Source: a virus (Duplodnaviria; Caudoviricetes). From it: a stretch of DNA of 64,000 bases. Position numbers and translations under genes: made by a program. Under the pieces are notes generated by a model. That model was not told where the DNA came from, made no database searches, and worked only from the letters and a program-made list of their open reading frames with translations. Positions 57,675 to 64,000 of this stretch are shown here, piece after piece (within the stretch, counting starts at the first letter, position 1; every line of letters begins with the position of its first letter). Location of the stretch: positions 40,801 to 104,800 of the IMG/VR virus record IMGVR_UViG_3300047565_000101; one strand, 5' to 3'.

Positions 57675-57962
57675 ATGAAGACACAAGAAGAAAAAGTACT
57701 AGAACAGTTAGTTACATTAACAGAGTCACAATGGTTCAATGCAGGAATTGTAGGTCGTTATCTATCTAATCAACCGCTTTACACCATGGACAGAATTCTA
57801 GAAATGGTTTCACATATTGTAAGAAATATGGAACTTCGTCGCCTCCAAGAGGAGGGACGAGGAATAACATCAGAAGGTCTTATTCTAGCAAATGAACTCA
57901 ATGCCTGTATCAAGGCCTTCCAAGAAGACAATCAACTAAATAATCTAAAACTTCCCAAATAG
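57675..57962 (+). CDS. Hypothetical protein
   Basis: MKTQEEK start with AAGGCGG RBS. Confidence 0.6.
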   Translation: MKTQEEKVLEQLVTLTESQWFNAGIVGRYLSNQPLYTMDRILEMVSHIVRNMELRRLQEEGRGITSEGLILANELNACIKAFQEDNQLNNLKLPK

Positions 57963-58042
57963 GGCGGGGACCGAAAGATCAAATTGATCAAGTATTACTC
58001 CCTAGATCCACTATAGCTCCAATATAAAACAAATTAAACAAA

Positions 58043-58070
58043 TCTCCTGAGTATGAGAATAAACTGCTCA
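58043..58070 (+). ncRNA. 28-nt H-type pseudoknot motif, copy 3
   Basis: TCTC-CTGAGTAT-GAGA-ATAAAC-TGCTCA. Confidence 0.5.
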
Positions 58071-58074
58071 TTCT

Positions 58075-58500
58075 TCATGCCTAAAATTTAAGGGCCAATT
58101 TTTTTATTTACGACCAGATCTAAAAAATCCCTGAAACCTGGGGGAATTAGATCAATTAATCATATGATCAAATGTCGACATATAGATATATAGATCCATA
58201 TACATATATATTGATCAGAATGACGCTAATGCGATCCATATAAGGGCTAAATGTCCGTTTTACGGCATAGATCTGCAAATCCTGGATCAGATTGAGGGCA
58301 AATATCTCATATTACGAGAAGATCTACAAAATCCTTGACAAAATGAGCTGAATTTGCATCAAATGGTAGACAAATGGCCATATTTATGTATAATTTATAG
58401 ACAAATCTGGGGAAAATTGGTCAAAATTCTTGACAAATGGGCCTTTATATGATGGCGTTCTATTACACATATATATCTTTGTCGACAAATAGACAGTAAT
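58075..58500. repeat. Non-coding repeat-rich region between convergent blocks
   Basis: Three AGGGC-N12-TTACG-N16/17-CCT units; five GACAAA(A)T boxes; many GATC/AGATCT. Confidence 0.6.
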
Positions 58501-58670
58501 TCTTCTCTAATTCATAGTCATAGACATGTATGATCATATCTAGGATACCTCTAATAAGCCTTCTAAGGGGGTTTTAAGACATGTATATGAGGCGGGGGAT
58601 ACTAGGATATAGCTCACATATGAGAAAAGGCACACATGGATTGTGTGCCAATTCTCAATATTGAGCTTAA

Positions 58671-58919
58671 TTAAAACTCATACGCTAGGACATTCTCCTG
58701 ATACTCTGGAAATGGTAGTATCTCATTAATATCTTTATTTAATTTAATGAGTACTTCTAGGAGCTTATCCATATCATTTTGGTCTAATGAATCTGAATGT
58801 TGTTCTATTGTATTGTATGTATATGTATAGATTGTATTGGTTATATCTGATAGGAGTTGTCTTCCTAGCTCCCGCCCGATTGCGATCTCATCATTTGCAT
58901 CGATTGCTTTAATAAACAT
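58671..58919 (-). CDS. Hypothetical protein
   Basis: 82-aa ORF with upstream TTGACA/TATAAT-like promoter. Confidence 0.5.
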   Translation of the reverse strand: MFIKAIDANDEIAIGRELGRQLLSDITNTIYTYTYNTIEQHSDSLDQNDMDKLLEVLIKLNKDINEILPFPEYQENVLAYEF

Positions 58920-59038
58920 TTATTTCTCTTTTCTATGTATCCATCTTTAGAGATTTCTCCCTAAAAAGGATATAGAAGAGGTTAGAGTTTAATTATACGC
59001 TTATCTGGCGAAGTTGTCAATACCTTTTCAGATCTTTT

Positions 59039-59254
59039 TTATTTATATCTATATGGATCAGTAAGGATTTCTTCTTCTAGCCCGCCTGGAATGTTATGTC
59101 CTGCATCTCTATGTTCTTTAATATGGTCGACTAGAATCTGATCATCTTCTATATTAATAGATTTACCATATAGCAGACAGCCTGAACAACATATATCCCC
59201 TAATACGCTAGGATAGATATATATATCTGAATCGAAGAATCTACTGTATGCCAT
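59039..59254 (-). CDS. Hypothetical protein
   Basis: MAYSRF..SDIYIY...CCSGC...H..EH..AGH. Confidence 0.6.
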   Translation of the reverse strand: MAYSRFFDSDIYIYPSVLGDICCSGCLLYGKSINIEDDQILVDHIKEHRDAGHNIPGGLEEEILTDPYRYK

Positions 59255-59357
59255 TGCTTTAATCCCGCTCTTTATCGATATCTTCTTGCATATCGATATC
59301 AGTTATATCTAATTCAAGATATCTTTCAAGGTTATCTAGTATTCCCATAATTATCTC

Positions 59358-59537
59358 CTAATGTGAGCCAAAGGCTACTGCTATTATTGATCCCGCCTCG
59401 GGATCCATGGCATCATCTATGCTCTTAATTGGCTCGATCTGACAATTGCCATCTTCCCATGCATTATATACTTCTGGCGATACGCCATATTTGCCTGCTA
59501 CTATATGAGCAGGTGCTTGCTTAGAATGATCTATCAT
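59358..59537 (-). CDS. Hypothetical protein
   Basis: Leaderless TGG-TATACT-N6-ATG. Confidence 0.5.
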   Translation of the reverse strand: MIDHSKQAPAHIVAGKYGVSPEVYNAWEDGNCQIEPIKSIDDAMDPEAGSIIAVAFGSH

Positions 59538-59649
59538 ATTATAAGTATACCATTTCTTATCGGGTACCGATTGGTTTGTCTCTACCGTCGCACTTTTTGC
59601 GCTCACTAATTGCGAGCTATTTTGATCTATATATTATAGTTGACTAGAA

Positions 59650-59928
59650 TTACCATACTTCATCTAAATCAAATTCAGGGCCTTTAGACTCTAATGTATA
59701 TATAATGGCTTCTCCTATATTATCTTCTGGGATATCATTAAAGTAATACTTGTTCCGCTCTTTACTGTATGTCCATGACCGCCAGCCATCTCCATCATTC
59801 CAGTATCCCGACCCAGGAGTAGTATCTTTTAACCGCTCTTCGATCATATCGTATAGGTGTACCTGATCAAAGATAGCCTTTCTCATAGGAGTATACCAAA
59901 ATAGCTTATTAACTAACCAATCAATCAT
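59650..59928 (-). CDS. Hypothetical protein
   Basis: 92-aa ORF. Confidence 0.55.
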   Translation of the reverse strand: MIDWLVNKLFWYTPMRKAIFDQVHLYDMIEERLKDTTPGSGYWNDGDGWRSWTYSKERNKYYFNDIPEDNIGEAIIYTLESKGPEFDLDEVW

Positions 59929-60035
59929 TTGCCAGCCTATCTAGTAGCTCTTTGTCTTCTTTGCCTAATTGGACTACAATACTCTTTAATTGCTTATATC
60001 TTTCAAAGTCGAACTCTTTATCAAACTTCTCTTCG

Positions 60036-60326
60036 CTAGTCATACATCTGCCACCATTTCTTGTTATCTTTTGCTTCCGCCTGCCTAATCATATCAGCCT
60101 GCTGCTCTTCCGTCAATTGTCTACCAGATAAGGCCATCTGATTAAATACATGAGGAAGGGCATCAACATGGCTATATTTATGATATGTATATCCAATACT
60201 TATTCTAAATCTAATTAGATTAATATCTATGCTATAACTATACCCGTCATTTTTAAAATCTATGCCTAGACTCCAATGACTCCAATAAAACCAGCTGGCT
60301 TCGATCCAAGGCCTAATCTTGCTCAT
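60036..60326 (-). CDS. Hypothetical protein
   Basis: ATGA overlap start. Confidence 0.5.
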   Translation of the reverse strand: MSKIRPWIEASWFYWSHWSLGIDFKNDGYSYSIDINLIRFRISIGYTYHKYSHVDALPHVFNQMALSGRQLTEEQQADMIRQAEAKDNKKWWQMYD

Positions 60327-60682
60327 CCATGCCATTCATCAAACGATATGCCACAAAGACCACAGATACCAAGTGCTCTGTATTTATTATTGACATACAT
60401 ATGAGGACAATCAGATGTGCCAGCATTTGGATATTCACTCTGAGCACTTGCATAAGTACCCTGCTCAACTCCATGAGAGCAGTTATTTACAGTCCATTGT
60501 TGTGGCGGTACTGTAAGTGTTTGACCAATATTTGGATTAGTAGGGATAGTCATCTTCAACTGATAAAACTCTTTAGCAGTTTCATACCCTGCACGATATG
60601 CATCATCTAGTGCTTGTTTAATTAGTTTTACTTGCTTGTCTGTTAATCCTGTTGGATTAAAGATAATGATTGGCGAATTCAT
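60323..60682 (-). CDS. Hypothetical protein
   Basis: GGGAG RBS before MNSPII. Confidence 0.55.
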   Translation of the reverse strand: MNSPIIIFNPTGLTDKQVKLIKQALDDAYRAGYETAKEFYQLKMTIPTNPNIGQTLTVPPQQWTVNNCSHGVEQGTYASAQSEYPNAGTSDCPHMYVNNKYRALGICGLCGISFDEWHG

Positions 60683-60683
60683 A

Positions 60684-61850
60684 TTAATCTCCCTTAACAT
60701 TAATGATTTGCTTAAATTTATGCTTTACCTTAACTAATTCTACAGCATCTTGCATTACTGTGTCAATAGGCTTGTATGCTCCAGGGTGTTCATCAAGGAA
60801 TGCTGAAGAGTGTGACCATTCAATACCCTGCATTTTTTCCTCAAGGTCTTCCATCGTAAATGTCTTACGAGCAGAACCACGAGAATGCTGACGACCTGCG
60901 CCATGTGGAGCAGAACTATAAGACATTGGGTTTCCAAGTCCTTCAACAACATATGACAAATCACCCATTGAGCCAGGGATCAAACCAAGTTGCCCAGCCT
61001 TAGCAGAGATTGCACCTTTACGAGTAATCCAAAGTTTTTCACCAAAGTGCTCTTCTTGCTGAGTAAAGTTATGGTGACAGTTAACTTCTTCAAGTACATC
61101 AAACTCTCCAGCATGGTACTTAAAAGCAGCCTTAACACGCTTCATCATTACTTCACGATTCATCATTGCAAATGTTTGTGCCCAATTCATTTGAGCAATA
61201 TACTCATTGAACTCTGGTGTACCCTGAACAAGGTATGCCAAATCTTGATCTGGAAGTATAGTGCCGATATCAGAACAATAGTTCTGTGCAATCTTAATAT
61301 GCTTTGAAGCAATCTTATTACCAATACCACGAGAACCTGAGTGAAGAAATAGCCAAACATGTCCATCTTCATCTACTGTAACTTCAATAAAATGGTTTCC
61401 AGAACCAAGTGAACCAAGTTGTACACGCCAGTTCTTATCAAGTTCATCAGGGTTAAAACCTGCATCACGAGCATATACTTGAAGCATTGCTACTTCATCT
61501 TGTGCATCATCCTTAATACGATTGTTATACTTACCAGCAGATAGTGGAATCTGTGATTGAATTGATTCACGAATGCCCTGCTTATTTAACTCAGGAAGAT
61601 TCTCAATCTTATGTGAAGTCTTTACAGCCATCATTCCGCATCCAATGTCTACCCCAACGCATGCAGGCATGATTGCACCCTTTGTAGGGACTACAGAGCC
61701 AACTGTGGAGCCACGACCAAAGTGAACATCAGGCATCAACGCAAGGTGCGGAGAAACAAACGGCATAGAAGAAGTATTCCTAGCTTGATTCAAAGCCTCA
61801 TCTTCTACAATAGAAGCCCAATTAATTAGTTTATCTGTTATCTTATTCAA
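60684..61850 (-). CDS. rtcB: RtcB RNA ligase
   Basis: MPDVH.G, VGVDIGCGM, GSLGSGNHF.E, HSGSRG, HHN, RKGA, IPGSMG, HGAGR, AYK motifs. Confidence 0.95.
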   Translation of the reverse strand: MNKITDKLINWASIVEDEALNQARNTSSMPFVSPHLALMPDVHFGRGSTVGSVVPTKGAIMPACVGVDIGCGMMAVKTSHKIENLPELNKQGIRESIQSQIPLSAGKYNNRIKDDAQDEVAMLQVYARDAGFNPDELDKNWRVQLGSLGSGNHFIEVTVDEDGHVWLFLHSGSRGIGNKIASKHIKIAQNYCSDIGTILPDQDLAYLVQGTPEFNEYIAQMNWAQTFAMMNREVMMKRVKAAFKYHAGEFDVLEEVNCHHNFTQQEEHFGEKLWITRKGAISAKAGQLGLIPGSMGDLSYVVEGLGNPMSYSSAPHGAGRQHSRGSARKTFTMEDLEEKMQGIEWSHSSAFLDEHPGAYKPIDTVMQDAVELVKVKHKFKQIINVKGD

Positions 61851-62049
61851 GTTCTGCTACTTCCTCTCCAACTCCAACTGCTTGTGCCATGTATTTCATG
61901 ACCATTGATTCTGCGATTAACCTTGATCTTTCAGGAAGAATCTCATCTGCAAATATTCTACCATTTACCCTTACTTCCCAGCAATACCCTTCACCAGGAA
62001 TGCAGACAATCCTTGCACTATACTCTGTGCTGTAGTTAGTTTCTCTCAT
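61843..62049 (-). CDS. Hypothetical protein
   Basis: Coupled 68-aa ORF. Confidence 0.55.
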   Translation of the reverse strand: MRETNYSTEYSARIVCIPGEGYCWEVRVNGRIFADEILPERSRLIAESMVMKYMAQAVGVGEEVAELE

Positions 62050-62411
62050 TTTCTCAATTCCGCTTTTAGTTCTCGCTTAATAGTCTTCCATTCATGCTCA
62101 TGGTAGTACCAACGATTAGCATCTTCTTTAATAGCATAGGCTTCTACTTCTTCTGCAGTCCCCCAGAAAATATCCTTAACAATTGATTTCTTTAGCTCAT
62201 CAACTTCTTCTTGGTTATCGCAACTTTGCAGGGCATCGCAATAAGAACAGGATCCGTATCCAACTACGGTAAAACCAAACTTGTCACCGTTTTTTAGCAG
62301 GTATACATAATCACCCTGATAGTCACCAATGTTCCAATCTTTAATAATAGTTCCAGCAGACTCTACAAGAGAGTCATATGAATCTTCTGGTAAAAACCAT
62401 TCATCTTCCAT
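62046..62411 (-). CDS. Hypothetical protein
   Basis: DYQGD...GYGSCSYCDAL. Confidence 0.65.
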   Translation of the reverse strand: MEDEWFLPEDSYDSLVESAGTIIKDWNIGDYQGDYVYLLKNGDKFGFTVVGYGSCSYCDALQSCDNQEEVDELKKSIVKDIFWGTAEEVEAYAIKEDANRWYYHEHEWKTIKRELKAELRK

Positions 62412-62593
62412 TACTTACCCCTCGCAATACGAACACAATTTTCAACTATTGGATTATCATGATACTTCTGTGCCCACTCAAGGATATCCTGGGCAATCTG
62501 CTCACGCAATGATGCAACTGCTTCTTCTACTCTTTTAGCAGATTCAATAGCAAATCTTTCATTGATTTGTGATAGTAGATCGTCGTTACTCAT
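62411..62593 (-). CDS. Hypothetical protein (R..IA.DI...RGK family)
   Basis: MSNDDLL start with AGGGG RBS. Confidence 0.55.
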   Translation of the reverse strand: MSNDDLLSQINERFAIESAKRVEEAVASLREQIAQDILEWAQKYHDNPIVENCVRIARGK

Positions 62594-62837
62594 TCTTCCC
62601 CCTAGCAATAGCAGCAAATAAATCTGCTGCCTCTCTTACATTTAATATTGCTGGAATTCCTGCAAGACCAACAAGACCAGCACCACAGGCTTCAATTTCC
62701 TTAGCAATAACCTCTCTAGCAGTTTCAGATAAGCACTGTAAACAATTAGGCTTAGTTCTTGGTGCTTCGCTATCTGGTCTATTATGAGGGCATGGTCCAG
62801 AAAGCATTCGTAATGCTTGTTCTACTTTATCGCTCAC
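62586..62837 (-). CDS. Hypothetical protein (R..IA.EI...RGK family)
   Basis: 83-aa ORF. Confidence 0.55.
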   Translation of the reverse strand: MSDKVEQALRMLSGPCPHNRPDSEAPRTKPNCLQCLSETAREVIAKEIEACGAGLVGLAGIPAILNVREAADLFAAIARGKNE

Positions 62838-62919
62838 TTCTTTATCCTAATTCTATTATATGTTCTAGCACGAAACTTATATCGTGTACGGTATGTCGTA
62901 ATTGTGGTATATGTGTACA

Positions 62920-63210
62920 TTATTTACCCCTCACAATATCTAAAACATCAACTAATTCAACAAAAAACTGATCTAATGAAAGGTTAATTGGGCTTCCATC
63001 AACCCAACTTCCATCCTGCATTCCTTCTTCATAGTCAAAAAGCTCACCCCAATGGGATAGGTATCTCTTGGCTTTATCCTCAATATCCTGAGCAATTGTT
63101 TGACGGGTATATGCAATAACCTTATCTACTTGATCATGCCAGTCTTCTGCTCTTAAAGGCCAATCCTTTGGCGGTAGATATAAAAATGATAGTTCATACT
63201 CTTGCATCAC
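62920..63210 (-). CDS. Hypothetical protein (R..IA.DI...RGK family)
   Basis: 96-aa ORF; GGAGGG RBS. Confidence 0.55.
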   Translation of the reverse strand: MMQEYELSFLYLPPKDWPLRAEDWHDQVDKVIAYTRQTIAQDIEDKAKRYLSHWGELFDYEEGMQDGSWVDGSPINLSLDQFFVELVDVLDIVRGK

Positions 63211-63376
63211 TTACCCTCCAATACCCAATTAATTGATTTAATAGTTTTATATATGTAATACTTATCGTCATCTAGTTGATATGACTTACCTAAAGATTCT
63301 AGTTCTTTCCATGACATTCCCGCTTTTTTAAGCAGGTTATCACGGCTTGTGATTAGTTCTTCTTTAGTCTTAACGA

Positions 63377-63613
63377 TCACTTTAACACCTTTTCAATGAC
63401 TTCAATAGTTAGGCAAGGATAACTTTCATCATCAAATGTGCAACGGTATCCACGAACAGAATGCTCAGGCTCATGTAACTGCACTACTTCAAGAAGAGCA
63501 AACGAGTGTTTTAACAGGTCATACCCTTTTGCAGTAACAGTTACACCATTGTGTCCTTTATTAACTTCACAGTCTAGTTGACCTATTTTTGCCACTAGTT
63601 CATCGTGTGTCAT
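63377..63613 (-). CDS. Hypothetical protein
   Basis: VVQLH.P...C....YPC.TI..IEK. Confidence 0.6.
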   Translation of the reverse strand: MTHDELVAKIGQLDCEVNKGHNGVTVTAKGYDLLKHSFALLEVVQLHEPEHSVRGYRCTFDDESYPCLTIEVIEKVLK

Positions 63614-63795
63614 TATAGTTCTACCTCAATGGTTTGTCCAGTACTTTGCTTTACTACCTTCTTGTGCTTACGCTTCATGGCTCTGGTTGCACCATTCTTA
63701 GTATGTGCATATCCAGAGTACCTCATGTTGTTATATCTAAATTCCCACCACCAGCCTCTGGCAATTACTGGGTGCTGTTTAATAGTTCCAATCAT
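63613..63795 (-). CDS. Hypothetical protein
   Basis: Coupled 60-aa ORF; AAGGAG RBS. Confidence 0.55.
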   Translation of the reverse strand: MIGTIKQHPVIARGWWWEFRYNNMRYSGYAHTKNGATRAMKRKHKKVVKQSTGQTIEVEL

Positions 63796-64000
63796 GATAG
63801 CTCCTTCTCAATAGCCTCAATAATTAACTGGAATGCAGTTTGTAGTCCTTGATTAAATTCTTCATTGACATAGTTTCCATCTTTGTATGTCGCAGCCAAT
63901 TCTACTACTGCACGAAGGGCTTTGTGTTGTTTGAATAACCCATTAACGGTTTCCTGCCATTCTTTTCCAATAGTCGGGTCTAGCGTCAATACTCGTTCCA
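63792..64000 (-). CDS. Hypothetical protein, 5-prime end probably beyond window
   Basis: ALRAVVELA...IEAIEKELS, similar to 63377..63613. Confidence 0.5.
   Translation of the reverse strand, partial: ERVLTLDPTIGKEWQETVNGLFKQHKALRAVVELAATYKDGNYVNEEFNQGLQTAFQLIIEAIEKELS

Noticed and set aside
52132-58070. CTGAG...AAAC motif as a hammerhead or HDV-like ribozyme
   Set aside because: Lacks the CUGANGA/GAAA three-stem core and is too short for a nested double pseudoknot.
44354-59600. AAAAAGTGCGACG at 44354 and inverted near 59586, with a looser copy at 44727
   Set aside because: Only two good copies, one inside a coding sequence; function cannot be supported.
1-64000. Alternative genetic code or stop-codon reassignment
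   Set aside because: Long genes are intact under the standard bacterial code and TAA, TAG and TGA all terminate well-supported genes.

Overview
This is a 64-kb internal segment of a large, AT-rich, long-tailed (siphovirus-type) dsDNA phage. An actinobacterial host is inferred from an Lsr2-type AT-hook gene, a secreted lysozyme-fold protein, leaderless genes and actinobacterial promoter motifs. There are three blocks. (1) 1-44.9 kb, mostly minus strand: tail-tip genes, a 2152-aa tape measure, G/GT chaperones with a CCCAAAC -1 slip site, major tail, head-tail genes, capsid, protease/scaffold and portal. Then come fibre/decoration genes with an embedded cluster of 2OG-Fe(II) prolyl-hydroxylase-like genes directly behind an FN3-(Pro/Phe/Tyr repeat)-Hint protein, followed by a holin, class II RNR, a glycosyltransferase, a TylF-like methyltransferase, an HNH gene and tRNA-Ile(UAU). 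(2) 46.7-58 kb, plus strand: short, probably early host-takeover ORFs in repeated regulatory cassettes. These carry 14 copies of TGTCRG-N10-TANNNT (the PafBC/RecA-NDp DNA-damage promoter), 10 CRP-type boxes, 8 CGGCGTGTCG (GACAC) boxes, a fixed-spacing TTAMG-N16/17-CCTGRA element, a shared AACGAAAG leader and three covarying mini-pseudoknots. (3) 58.7-64 kb, minus strand: small ORFs and RtcB. No terminase, integrase or DNA polymerase is recognisable in the window. The two strongest candidates for undescribed biology are a virion-protein hydroxylation/autoprocessing system (26.2-32.4 kb) and early transcription wired to host PafBC/CRP/WhiA-type regulators, possibly shut off by antisense small RNAs. 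All calls were made by eye from motifs and synteny; no searches were run.
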